A stretch of DNA of 64,000 bases. Origin: Chrysomallon squamiferum. Taxonomy: Eukaryota; Animalia; Mollusca. The number at the start of each line of letters is the position of its first letter. The stretch's first letter is position 1. The notes beneath the pieces are model-generated. The model was given only the letters and a program-made list of their open reading frames with translations, did no database searches and was not told the origin of the DNA. Where the stretch lies: NCBI GenBank assembly GCA_012295275.1, contig CM022667.1, forward strand, positions 5,270,001 to 5,334,000, read 5' to 3'. Shown piece after piece: positions 1 to 15,100 of the stretch. Position numbers and translations under genes: made by a program.

Positions 1-159
1 TGAAAAGTGTTAGGAAGGAAATAAAATCAGTATAGAAAAAAAAATTAAAGAATGAAAAATGCTAAAAAGTTATCAAGTAAATATTATTATCCAAGAGAAA
101 AATAATATATTGAAATAAATTAATAGTTAACAACACAAAGGGAGTACTTTATCTATTCG

Positions 160-470
160 AGTTCATTAAGTACAATTAAATGGAAATGTACTATGACTCG
201 CAGTTTACAGTACATGTGGTAAGACTAACGCATTTTCTCTACTTATGTTAGTTAAGTACAGTTCATTGGAACTACTGATTAACTAATGTATTTTATTAAT
301 TTGTGTTACTTTAGTACTGTTTATAGGAAACGTAGCATGACTAACGCATTTCATATTTTTCTCTTAGTTAAGTACAGTTTATAGAAAATGCAGTATGACT
401 AATAAATTGTTTCTACTTGAGTTAGCTAGGTACAGTTTATACGAAATGTAGTAAATTAAAGTATTAATAA
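160..470. repeat. Degenerate ~58-bp intronic minisatellite (first of many blocks in the array)
   Basis: Consensus approx. agttaagtacagtttacaggaaatgcagtatgactaatgtattttatctacttgtgtt, repeated about 4-8 times in many introns (e.g. 1380-1720, 2810-3160, 4740-5080, 8500-8945). Confidence 0.8.
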
Positions 471-492
471 GACTGGGTATGACGAAATTTAC

Positions 493-510
493 CCTCAATA
501 TTGCTGTCGA
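493..510 (-). pseudogene. Dead micro-exon (VDSNIE class)
   Basis: Homologous to the DDSNxE exons, but the acceptor is CGG instead of CAG and the donor is weakened to GTAAAT. Confidence 0.6.
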
Positions 511-1054
511 CCGAAAATAGTGAGGAAAATTGAAATAAATAAAGGGAAAATGTTACATATGAAATAGTGGTTTTAAAGATAAAGGTAAAGTGAAACAAAT
601 AGCTCAGTGATAATGAAAAAAGAAAGTAAACATTAACAAAACAAGAAAAAATCCGAAAGATAACGGAGCAAAAACAACAACAAGAGTAATAACGATAAAA
701 AGCAATTAATATTATGGATTAGGTGTATTACTTTTAGCTCTTTTCATTACATATTTTGAACTGTAGATAGACAGATAGGTAGATATAATGTTAGAAGAAT
801 TGTGCTCAATTGTATTTTATATTTTAAGGCCGAATTATATGTAATCATTAATTCAGAACTATACATTTTATGTGGATAAGCAGCCGAAAATTAGTGTAAC
901 GTATTGCAGTTCCCTAATAAAACTAATCAGATTAATGAAGTAGTATCAGCGCATTTGACGTTTGTGTAATAAAAGTAAAAATTCAAATAGAATTAAATAA
1001 AAGTTAAGAGAAATTAAACGAATGCGCTAGAAATAAAATATTAAATGAAAAATG

Positions 1055-1108
<54 letters not shown>

Positions 1109-1218
1109 GTAAAGCATTACGAGCAGATTACAGTGGTACCAACAGTATTTCACCTACTGTTCGTTAAGTTAAGAGGTTTGAATCATTTTGTAATTGGATT
1201 GAATATCACGAAACTTAC

Positions 1219-2017
1219 CACCGACATCACTGGAGACTGGAAAGTGTCAGGAAGAAAATAAAAAATGTAGAAACAAAAAGAAAAGGAAAAAATGTTAAAA
1301 AGTTATAAAGTAAATGTAAATATTCTAGAGAAAAAATAGAATGAAATAAATGAATCGTTGACAACACAAAGGCAGTACTTTATTAATGTTCATTGTGTAC
1401 AATTAATATGAAATGTTCTACCGACTCACGGATCTTATCTACTTATGTTAGATCTGTACAGGTTACAATACATGTGGTATGTCTACCGTTTTTTTCTATG
1501 CTTATCTTAGTTTCGTATAGTTTACTGGAAACGCAGTATAACTAATGTATTGTATCACTTTGTTTTACTTAAGTACAGTTTAGAGGAAACGTAGCATATC
1601 CAATATATTTTATCTTTTTGTGTTGTGTACACTTTACAGGCAATGCAGAATGTTTAATATATTTCTTCTACTTGTGTTAGATAAGCACAAACGATAGAAA
1701 ATGTAGTACGACTAATGTATGACAAAACTTACCCTCATCATTGCTGTCGTCTGAAAATATGAGGAAAAACAAAAGAAAGGAAGAAAAAAGATAAAGGGTT
1801 AAAAAAAAGTATATTTAATAGATATCAAAGAAAATGTAAAGTGAAATAAATAAATCAATAATAATAATGAAACAAGAAACTAAATATTAAATAAAAAAAA
1901 AAAAAAAAAATAGAAAAGAAAAAAAAAATTGAAAAGAAAAACGACCAACAACAACAAAAGTAATAATAATAAAAATCTATTAACATTATGGATTAGGAGT
2001 TTTACCTTTAGGAATTT

Positions 2018-2057
<40 letters not shown>

Positions 2058-2126
2058 GTCTATATTTTTATCTCGATATATCTATCTACATGTGTGTATG
2101 TACAAATCAATACCATGGATACTAAG

Positions 2127-2177
<51 letters not shown>

Positions 2178-4128
2178 TGGTATCGATGGCATTTTATATG
2201 CTAAGACTGAATGATATATGATAGTTAATTGTGAACTATAATTTGTATGTGGATACGTAGCTGAACTTATTGGAATGTATTGCATTTCTCTATTAAAACT
2301 AAGGAGAATAATAAAGTTGTATAAACGCGTTTCGTCTTTAGGTAATAAAAGTAAATTTTAATTTTATTTAATTAAAGTAGAGTTGGAATGAACTACGAAA
2401 CAGTTTTAAGTGCAGATGTCAAGATGTTATCTACTGTCACTTAGAAAATGTATGACGTTTAACGGAACGACAGAGAAATAAAGTATTGAAATAAAACTCA
2501 AAAAAAAAAAAAATATATATAAAAAGCATTACGAGCAGATTACAGTGGCAGCAATAGTATTTTACCTACCTGTGTTCATTAAGTACAGTTTATAGGTTGC
2601 ACTACTTTCTTAATAAGATTGAATATGACGAAACTTACCGTTCATATCATTGTCGAGTGTAAAGTGGACAGTAACGTCTTAGGAAGAAAATAAAAGCAAT
2701 GTAGAAACAAATAAAGAAGAATAAATATTTGAAAAACATAAAGTAAATATTAATATTAAAGAAAAAATGTAGTAAAATGAATTAATAATACAGATCACAA
2801 CGTCAGCAGTTTATCTATGTGCATTAATTAAGTACAATGTATCGGGAATGTACTATGACTAACGGATCTTATCTGCTTTTGTTCGGTAAGTACAGATTAA
2901 CGGAAATATTGATTAACTAATGCATTTCATCTATTTGTCTTACTCAAAATACAGTTTACAGGAAATGTAGCATGACAAGTGTATTTTACCTAACTAAGTT
3001 AGTTAAGTTCAGTTTACCGGGAAAGTAGCATGACTAATGTATTTTCTATATTTGTGTTAGTTAAGTAAAGTTTACAGGAAATGCAGTTAGACATATCTAT
3101 TTCATCTACTTGAGTTAGTAATGAAGAATGCATAGGACATGTTCCACAAGGAATGTATTAATACGACTGGGTATGACGAATCTTACCGAGAGGTTTGGGT
3201 CCTGCTGAAAGTTGTGAGGTAAAATGATAGAAATAAAGTGGAAATGATTAAAAGTTTAAAAAGAAATAGTGATATTAAAGAAACAAACAAGTAGAAAATA
3301 TATCATAACGATAATGAAAAAGAAAATAAATATTAAGAAATGTATTTACATGCATTCATATATCTATCTATATATACATAGATACACACACACATACATA
3401 CACACACACACACACACACTCATATATAAATACATACACACACATAAATACAGTATATACACAAACATATATATTGAGTAAATTTTAGAATAACTCATCT
3501 TGAATGGTATTTCATATCCTAAGTCTGAATTATATATATTAATTAATTGTGAACTATAATTTTTTGTGTGGGTAATTTGCAGAAATTATTGGAATAGATT
3601 GTAGTTCTCTTATAAAAGTAAAGAGATTAATAAAATAGTATGAACGCTTTTGCTGTTTAGGTAATGGAAGCAAAAATGGAAATAGAAAAAAAAATTAAAT
3701 TAAAAGAAATCAAAATTATGAGAACGAAATAATATATTTTATCTACTTGTATTACTTAGGAACAATGTATAAGAAATGTAGGTACAACTTATGTATTAAT
3801 AAGACTGGGTATGACGAAACTTACCCTTAACTTTGCTGTCGTCTGAAAATTGTGAGGAAAAAATGATAGAAATAAAATGGAAATGATTAAAAGTTTGAAA
3901 AGAAATAGTGATGTTAAATAACTCAGTAATAATGAATCAAGAAACTAAACATTAAGAAAAGAAGTAAAAAAAAAAAACGAAAGCTAAAGGACCAACAACA
4001 AGAAGAAGAAGAGTAATAACGATAAAAAGCTGTTAACACTGTGGATGAAGTGTATTAGTTTTAGAACTTTTCATTATATATTTTCAATTATTTCTTTCTC
4101 TCTAAATTATTGTTGTCGTTGTTATTAT

Positions 4129-4163
<35 letters not shown>

Positions 4164-7100
4164 GTGTGTTTGTCTCTATGTGTGAGACAGTATATTTATA
4201 TACATACATTCATTTATATATCTATATAGGTATATATATATATATATAATCGTAGACAAACTTGTGCTCAATTGTATTTTATATCTTAAGGCTGAATTAT
4301 ATATAATCTAAATGAGAACTATGATTTTTGTGTGGATAAGCGGCCGAAAACTATTGGAATGTATTGCAATTCTCTAATAAAACTAAGCAGATTAATAAAG
4401 TAGTATTAACGCAATTGACGTTTATGTAATAAAAGTAAAAATCGAAATAGAATTAAATAAAAGTTAAAAGAAATTACGAGCAGATTACAGAGGTACCAAC
4501 ACTATTTCACCTTCCTCTATTCGTTAAGTAAATTTAATAGGTATGGATAAGTTTCTAATTGAATATCACGAAACTTACCATCGACATCACTGGCGACTGA
4601 AAAGTGTTAGGAAGAAAATAAAAACAATGTAGAAACAAATAAAGACGGAAAAAATGTTAAAAAGTTATAAAGGTAATGCATTGTATTTTATTTATAAAAA
4701 CACAGTGAAATAAATTAATAATTAAAAACACAAGGGCAGTACTTTATCAATTTGAGTTCATTAAGTACAATTAATGGGAATTGTACTAAGACTCACGGAT
4801 CTTATCTACTTGTGTTAGATAAGTACAGGTTAAGTATTTGTGGTATGACTACAATATTTTGTCTACTTATATTAATTGTGTATAGTTTACTGTAAATATT
4901 GATTAACTAATGTATTTTGTCTATTTGTGTTACTTAAGTACAGTTTACAGAAACATAGCATAAGTAATAAATTTGATCTTTTAGTGTTAGTCTACTTTAA
5001 AGGAAACGCAGTATGTTTAATATATTTCTTCTACTTGTGTTAGATAAGTACCACTGATAGGAAATATAGTACCACTAATATATTAATAATACTGGGTATG
5101 ACGAAACTTACCCTCAACATTGCTGTCGTCTGAAAATATGAGGAGAAAGAAAAGAAATAAAGAAAAAAGATAAAAGGTTACACAAAATATGTATAAAAGA
5201 TATTAAGAAAAATGTAAAGTATAATAAATAAATGAACAATAATGAAACAATAAAATAAATCTTAACAAAAGAAAGAAATTCAAAAGACAAAACGACCAAC
5301 AACAACAACAACAAACGTTATAATAATAATAAAAAATTAACATTATGGATTAGGTGTGTTACTTTTAGAACTTTCCATTATTTATTTTCAATTACTTCTT
5401 TATGCTTAAATTATTATTGTTGTTGTTGTTGTTGTTCTTCTTATTATTATTATGTACATGTACTACGACTAACGGATCTTATCTGGTTGTGTTGGGTAAG
5501 TACAGATTAACGGAACTATTGATGAACTAATGCATTGCATCCAATTCTGTTATTTAAATACAGTTTACAGGAAACGCAGCATGAATAATGTATTTTGTCT
5601 GTTTGTGTCAGTTAAGTAAAGTTTACAGGAAATGCAGTTTGACTAATATATTTTATCTACTTGAGTTCGTTAGTAACAATGTATAAGAAATGTTGTACAA
5701 CTAATGTATAAATAAGACATTAATGTATTAGTAAAATTATGAGGAAAAGTTGTAGAAATAAAGTGGAAATGATTAACAGTTTAAAAAGAATTAGTGATGT
5801 TAAAGAAAAAAATAAAGTAAAATATATAACTTAATAATAATGAAACAAGAAAATAAATAATAAGGAATGTAGATATACACATTCATATATATATATATGC
5901 ATAAACCAATACCGTCGATACTAAGTTATATATATATACATATATATATATATATAAGAATAATAGAAGTTGTATAAGCGCCTTTCGTGTTTAAGTAATA
6001 AAGTAAATTTAATTTAATTTAATTTATGTAAACGTGGAATGAAGTACGAAACAATTTCAAGTGCAAAGGTCTAGATTTTATCTACTGTCCCTTCGAAAAT
6101 TTAGGACGTAAATTAACATTACTATCATTGTCTATATTGTCTGATAATATAACAAAATAAAATAAATAAAACATAAATAGACAATTAAATGGCATAAAAA
6201 AACATTAATAATAATATTGAAAAAATATTGAAATCGAATAAAACGACAATTAAGAGAAATTAAACGAATGAGAAAGAAATAAAATATTAAAACAAAACTG
6301 AAAGAACGAAACAAATTGTAAAAGTTTACGAGTAGATTACAGTGGCAACAGTAGTATTTTACCTAACTGCGTTCGTTAAGTACAGTTAATAGTTTTCACT
6401 AATTTCCTAATAAGGTCGAGTATGACGAAACTTACCATGCATATCATCTCCGTCTGGACCGTAGATTGGATACTCTTAGGAAGAAAATGAAAGAAATGTA
6501 GAAGAAATAAAGAAGAACAAATATTAAAAAGTGATAAAGTAGATATCAATATTAAAGAGAAAAATGTAGTAAAATGAATTAATAATAAAGATCACAACCG
6601 CTGTATCTTGTTTATTTGCGTTCATTACGTACAATTTATGAGGCATGAACTATGACTAACGGATCTTATCTGCTTGTGATGGATAAGTACAGTCTAACGG
6701 AAATATTGATTAACTGAAGCGTTTGATCAATTTTTGTGACATAAATACAGTTTATAGGAAACGTAGCATGACTAATGTATTTTCTCTATTTGTCTTAGTT
6801 AAGTACAGTTTACAGGAAATGCAGCTTGATTTATGTATTTTATCTACTTGAGTTAGTTAGGAAGAATGCATAGGACATGTTCCACAACGAATGTATTAAT
6901 ACGACTGGGTATGACGAATCTCACCGATAGGTTTGGGTCCTTCTGAAAGTTGTGAGGTAAAATGATAGAAATAAAGTGGAAATGATTAAAAGTTTAAAAA
7001 GAAATAGTGATATTAAAGAAAAAAACAAGTAGAAAATATATCATAACGGTAATGAAAAATAAAATAAATAATAAGAAATGAATTTTCATGCATTCATATA

Positions 7101-9144
7101 TCTATCTATATATATATATATATAGATACACACACACATACACACACAGATATATATCCAACCACACACACTCATATATAAATACATACACACACATAAA
7201 TACATTATATACACAAACATATATATTGAGTAAATATTAGAATAACTCATCTTCAATGGTATTTCATATCCTAAGTCTGAATTATATATATTAATTAATT
7301 GTGAACTATAATTTTTTGTGTGGGTAATTTGCAGAAATTATTGGAATGGATTCTAGTTCTCTTATAAAAGTAAAGAGATTAATAAAATACTATGAACACT
7401 TTTGCTGTTTAGGTAATGGAAGCGAAAATCGAAATAGAAAAAAAATTAAATTAAAAGAAATAAAAAATATGAGAAGGAAATAAAATATTAATATTAACAT
7501 ATAAAAAATATATTTGTAAAGTATTAGGGGAACATTGCAGTGGTAACAGCAGTATTTTACCTACCTCTGCTCGTTAAGTACACTTTATAGGTGGTACTTA
7601 TTTCCTAATTAGATTGAGTATCATGAAACTTACCCTCGAAATCAATGGCCACTGAAAAGTTTTAAGAAGAAAATAAAACCAAAGCAGAATCGAATAAAGG
7701 AGGAAAAACTGTTTAAAACTGATCAAGTAAATATTAGTATACACGAGAAAGAAGTATGTATGTCTATGTATAAATCAGTGAATGTGGATATATATTTCTA
7801 TATGTAATCTGGTACGGATGGTATTTTATATCTTAAGGCTGAATTATATATAATAATTAATTGTGAACAATGATTTGTGTTTTCATAAATAGCAGAACTT
7901 ATTCGAATGTATTTCATTTCTCTAATAAAACTAAGGAGAATAATAAAGTTGTATATATGCGTTTCGTGTTTTAGTAATCGAAGTAAATTTTAATTTTATT
8001 TAGTTTAAGTAGAGTTGGAATGAAATACGAAAGAATTTCAAGTCCAGATGTCAAGATTTTATCTACTGTCTTTTAGAAAATGTATGACGTCAATTAACAT
8101 TACTTTCATTGTCTCTATTTTCAGATGATATAACAAAAATAAAATAAATAAAGCGTAAATAGACAATTAAATGGTATAAGATAACTTTTATAATAGTATT
8201 GAAAAAAGTACATGGAAATCGAATAAAATAAAATCTAAGATAAATTAAACGAATGAGAAAGAAATAAAATATCAAAATAAAACAGAAAGATCAAAAAAAG
8301 TATTTGTAAAGCACGATTGAGAATGTCCAAACTTACTTTCCGGATCATCGTCGTCTGGAAAGGGGAGTGTATAGACTCAGTAAGAAAATAAAGGAAATGT
8401 AGAAAAAAATAAAGAAGAAAAAATATTAAAAAGTCATAAAGTAAATATTAATATTAAAGAGTAAAATGTAGTAAAATGAATAAATAATAAAAAATACAAC
8501 TGCAGTACTTTATCTATCTGTGTTCATTAAATACACTTTATGGGGAATGTACTACGACTAACGGATCTTATCTGGTTCTGTTGGGTAAGTACAGACTAAC
8601 GGAAATATTGATTAACTGAAGCGTTCGATCAATTTTTGTTACATAAATACAGTTTATAGGAAACGTAGAATAACTAATGTATTTTATCTATTTGTCTTAC
8701 TCAAAATACAGTTTACAGGAAACCTAGCGTGACTAATGTATTTTCTGTGTTTGTGTTAGTTAAGTACAGTTTCATCAATTTTTGTTACATAAATACAGTT
8801 TATAGGAAACGTAGCATGACTAATGTATTTTCTCTATTTGTCTTAGTTAAGTACAGTGTACTGGAAATCCAACTTGATTTATGTATTTTATCTACTTGAG
8901 TTAGTTAGGAACAATGTATAAGAACTATTGTACAATTAATGTATTAATTCCACTGGGTATGATGAAACTTACCCTTAGGTTTGCTGCCGGCTGAAAATTA
9001 TTAGGAAAAATGATAGAAATAAAGTGGAAATGATTAGAAGTTTAAAAAGAAGTAGTGATGTTACAGAAAGAAATAAAGTAAAATATATAACTTAATAATA
9101 ATGAAACAAGAAAATAAATAATAAGTAATGTATATATACACATT

Positions 9145-9181
<37 letters not shown>

Positions 9182-12100
9182 AATGTTAGAATAAGTTATG
9201 TTCAATGGTATTTAATATGCTAAGGGTGAACTTTGTATAATCATTAATTTTGAAGTATAATTTTGTTTGTGGATAAGTTGCAGAAATTATTGAAATAAAT
9301 GGCAATTCTCTAATAAAACTTAAGTGATTAATAAAATAGTGTGAACGCTATTGTTGTTGATGTAAAGGAAGTGAAAATCGAAATAGAATAAAACGAAAAT
9401 TAAGAAAAATTAAACGAATGAGATAGAAATAAAATATTAATATAAAACAAAGAGAAAATATATTTGTTAAGTATTACGGGCAGATTGCAGTGGTAACTGC
9501 AGTATTTTACCTACCTCTGCTCGTTAAGTACACTTTATAGGTGGTACTTACTTCCTAATTAAATTCAGTATCATGAAACTTACCATCGACATCACTGGCG
9601 ACTGAAAAGTAGTAGAAAGAAAATAAAAGCAATGTTGAAACAAAGAAAGAAGGAAAAAAATGTTAGAAGATTATCAAGTAAATATTAATATTCATCAAAA
9701 AAATAAAAAATAAAAAATACAGAGAAATGATTTAATAATTTATAACACAAGGACAGTACTTTTTCTATTGGTGTTTATTAAGTACTTTTAATGGGAAATG
9801 TACTATTACTAACGGATCTTATCTACTTGTTTTAGACAAGTACAGTTTATAGTGCATCTGGTTTGACTAACGCATTTTCTCTACTTATGTTAGTTAAGTA
9901 TAGTTTAGTGTACATATTTATAAACTGATGTATTTTATCAATTTGTTTTTCTAAAGTTCTTAATACAGGAAACGTAGCATGACTAAACCATTTTCGATTT
10001 TTCTCTGAGTTAAGTACACATACTGGAAATGCGATATGACTAATAAATATTAACTACTTGAGTTAATATGTACAATTATTACGAAATGTAGTAAAACTAA
10101 TGTATAAATGGGTCTGGGTATGACGAAACTTACCCTGAATATTGCTGTCGTCTGAAAATATGAGGAAAAACAAAATAAATAAATGAAAAACATAAAATGT
10201 AATAGAAAATATATAGAAAGGATGTTGTAGAAAATGGTAAAATATAATAAAGAAATGAACAATAAGGAAACAAGAAAATAAATCTTAACGAAAGAAGAAA
10301 AAATGCAAAAGACAAAACGACCAACAACAACAAGAAACGTAATAATATTAAAACATATTAACATTATTGATTAGGTGTATTACATTTAGGACTTTTCATT
10401 ATTTATTTTCAATTACTTCTTTCTCTTTAAATTATTATTATTGATGTTGTTGTTTTTATTATAATTATTATTATTATTATTATTATAACGTACAAGTACA
10501 TATATATACATATGTTTATATTTAAGAACGATACAAGTTGTAAAAACGCGTTTCGTGTTTAAGTAATAAAAGAAAATTTTATTTTATTTAATTTAACTAG
10601 TCGTGGAATAAAGCACCAAACAATTTCAAGTGCAAAGATCAAGACTTTATCTATTGTCTCTTAGAAAATGTATGACGTAAATTAACATTACTATCATTGT
10701 CTATATTTTTGGATAATATAATAAAAATAAAATCAATAAATCATAAATAGACAATTAAATGGGAAAAGAAAACTTTTATAATAATATTGAACAAAATTAT
10801 GGCAATCGAATAAAAATTTTTTTTAGATAAATTAGAGGAATGAGATAAAATTAAAATATTAAAATAAAACTGAAAGAACAAAAAAATATATTTTGTAAAG
10901 CATGATTGAGTATGACGAAACTTACCATTCGTATCAGGGAGAGGGGGTTTTGGAACGGGGGCTTAGGAAGAAAAGAAAAGAAATGTAGAAAGAAATAAAC
11001 AAGACAAAATATTTTAAAGTCATCAAGCAAATATTAATGTTAAAGGGTAAAATGTAGTAAAAAGAATAAATAATGAAGAACACAACTGCAGTACATTATG
11101 TATTTGTGTTCATTAAATACAATTTATGGGGAATGTACTATGACTAACGGCTCTTATCTGATTGTGTTGGGTAAGTGCAGATTAACGGAAATATTGATCA
11201 ACTAATGCATTTCATCCAATTCTGTTATTTAAATACAGTTTACAGGAAACGCAGCATGAATAATGTATTTTGTCTGTTTGTGTCAGTTAAGTAAAGTTTA
11301 CAGGAAATGCAGCTTGATTTATGTATTTTATCTACTTGAGTTCGTTAGGAACAATGTATAAGAAATGTTGTACAACTAATGCATAAATAAGATATTAATG
11401 TATTAATTATATTATGAGGAAAAGTTGTAGAAATAAAGTGGAAATGATTAACAGTTTAAAAAGAATTAGTGATGTTAAAAAAAAAAAAGAGTAAAATATA
11501 TAACTTAATAATAATAATATACAGTTTATAGGAAACGTAGAATGACTAATGTATTTTCTCTATTTGTCTTAGTTAAGTACAGTTTACAGGAAATGCAGCT
11601 TGATTTATGTATTTTATCTACTTGAGTTAGTTAGGAAGAATGCATAGGAAATGTTCCACAAGGAATGTATTAATACGACTGGGTATGACGAATCTTACCG
11701 ATACGTTTGGGTCTTCCTGAAAGTTGTGAGGTAAAATGATAGAAATAAAGTGGAAATGATTAAAAGTTTTAAAAGAAATAGTGATATTAAAGAAAAAAAC
11801 AAGTAGAAAATATATCATAACGATAATGAAAAATAAAATAAATAATAAGAAATGAATTTTCATGCATTCATATATCTATCTATATATATATATATAGATA
11901 CACACACCCACTCATATATAAATACATACAAACACATAAATACATTATATACACAAACATATATATTGAGTAAATTTTTGAATAACTCATCTTGAATGGT
12001 ATTTCATATCCTAAGTCTGAATTATATATATTAATTAATTGTGAACTATAATTTTTTGTGTGGGTAATTTGCAGAAATTATTGGAATGGATTCTAGTTCT

Positions 12101-15100
12101 CTTATAAAAGTAAAGAGATTAATAAAATACTATGAACGCTTTTGCTGTTTAGGTAATGGAAGCGGAAATCGAAATAGAAAAAAAATTAAATTAAAAGAAA
12201 TCAAAAATATGAGAAAGAAATAAAATGTTAATATTAAACTCATAGAGAAGATATATTTGTAAAGTATTAGGGGCAGATTGCAGTGGTAACTGCAGTATTT
12301 TACCTACCTCTGTTCGTTAAGTACACTTTATAGGTGGTACTTATTTCCTAATTAGATTGAGTATCATGAAACTTACCCTCGCAATCAATGGCGACTGAAA
12401 AGTTTTAGGAAGAAAATAAAACCAATGCAGAATCGAACAAAGGAGGAAAAACTGTATAAAACTTATCAAGTAAATATTAGTATACACGAGAAAGAAGTAT
12501 GTATGTCTATGTATAAATTAGTGAATGTGGATATATATTTCTATGTGTAATCTGGTACGCATGGTATTTTATATCTTAAGGCTGAATTATTTATAATAAT
12601 TAATTGTGAACAATGATTTGTGTTTTCATAAATAGCAGAACTTATTCGAATGTATTTCATTTCTCTAATAAAACTAAGGAGAATAATAAAGTTGTATATA
12701 TGCGTTTCGTGTTTTAGTAATCGAAGTAAATTTTAATTTTATTTAGTTTAAGTAGAGTTGGAACGAAATACGAAAGAATTTCAAGTCCAGATGTCAAGAT
12801 TTTATCTACTGTCTTTTAGAAAATGTATGACGTCAATTAACATTACTTTCATTGTCTATATTTTCAGATGATATAACAAAAATAAAATAAATAAAGCGTA
12901 AATAGACAATTAAATGGTATAAGATAACTTTTATAATAATATTGAAAAAGTACATGGAAATCGAATAAAATAAAATCTAAGATAAATTAAACGAATGAGA
13001 AAGAAATAAAATATCAAAATAAAACAGAAAGATCAAAAAACGTATTTGTAAAGCACGACTGAGAATGTCCAAACTTACTTTCCGGATCATCGTCGTCTGG
13101 AAAGGGGAGTGTATAGACTCAGTAAGAAAATAAAGGAAATGTAGAAACAAATAAAGAAGAAAAAATATTAAAAAGTCATAAAGTAAATATTAATATTAAA
13201 GAGTAAAATGTAGTAAAATGAATAAATAATAAAAAATACAACTGCAGTACTTTATCTATCTGTGTTCATTAAATACACTTTATGGGGAATGTACTACGAC
13301 TAACGGATCTTATCTGGTTCTGTTGGGTAAGTACAGACTAACGGAAATATTGATGAACTAATGCATTTTATCTATTTGTCTTACTCAAAATACAGTTTAC
13401 AGGAAACATAGCACGACTGATGTATTTTGTATGTTTGTGTTAGTTAAGTACAGTTTCATCAATTTTTGTTACATAAATACAGTTTATAGGAACCGTAGCA
13501 TGACTAATGTATTTTCTGTGTTTGTGTTAGTTAAGTACAGTTTACTGGAAATCCAGCTTGATTTATGTATTTTATCTACTTGAGTTAGTTAGGAACAATG
13601 TATAAGAACTATTGTACAATTAATGTATTAATACGACTGGGTATGATGAAACTTACCCTTAGGTTTGCTGCCGGCTGAAAATTATGAGGAAAAATGATAG
13701 AAATAAAGTGGAAATGATTAGAAGTTTAAAAAGAAGTAGTGATGTTAAAGAAAGAAATAAAGTAAAATATATAACTTAATAATAATGAAACAAAGAAAAT
13801 AAATAATAAGTAATGTATATACACACATTCATATATATATATATATATATATATAGATATATAGCAAATGTTAGAATCAGTTATGTTCAATGGTATTTAA
13901 TATGCTAAGGGTGAATTTTGTATAATCATTAATTGTGAAGTATAATTTTGTTTGTGGATGATTTGCAGAAATTATTGAAATGAATGGCAATTCTCTAATA
14001 AAACTTAAGTGATTAATAAAATAGTGTGAACGCTTTTGTTGTTGATGTAAAGGAAGTGAAAATCGAAATAGAATAAAACGAAAGTTTAGAAAAATTAAAC
14101 GAATGAGATAGAAATAAAATATTAATATAAAACAAAGAGAAAATATATTTGTTAAGTATTAAGGGCAGATTGCAGTGGTAACTGCAGTATTTTACCTACC
14201 TCTGCTCGTTAAGTACACTTTATAGGTGCTACTTATTTCCTAATTAAATTCAGTATCATGAAACTTACCATCGACATCACTGGCGACTGAAAAGTGTTAG
14301 AAAGAAAATAAAAGCAATGTTGAAACAAAGAAAGAAGGAAAAAATGTTAGAAGATTATCAAGTAAATATTAATATTCATCAAAAAAAATAAAAAAAAAAT
14401 ACAGTGAAATGATTTAATAATTTATAACACAAGGACAGTACTTTTTCTATTGGTGTTTATTAAGTACTTTTAATGGGAAATGTACTATTACTCACGGAAC
14501 TTATCTACTTGTTTTAGACAAGTACAGTTTATAGTGCATCTGGTTTGACTAACGCATTTTCTCTACTTATGTTAGTTAAGTATAGTTTAGTGTACATATT
14601 TATTAACTGATGTATTTGATCAATTTGTTTTTCTAAAGTTCTGTTTACAGGAAACGTAGCATGACTAAACCATTTTATAATTTTCTCTGAGTTAAGTACA
14701 CATACTGGAAATGCGATATGACTAATAAATATTAACTACTTGAGTTAATATGTACAATTATTACGAAATGTAGTAAAACTAATGTATAAATGGGTCTGGG
14801 TATGACGAAACTTACCCTGAATATTGCTGTCGTCTGAAAATATGAGGAAAAACAAAATACATAAATGAAAAACATAAAATGTAATAGAAAATACATAGAA
14901 AGGATATTGTAGAAAATGGTAAAATATAATAAATAAATGAACAATAAGGAAACAAGAAAATAAATCTTAACGAAAGAAGAAAAAATGCAAAAGACAAAAC
15001 GACCAACAACAACAAGAAACGTTATAATATTAAAACATATTAACATTATTGATTAGGTGTATTACATTTAGGACTTTTCATTATTTATTTTCAATTACTT

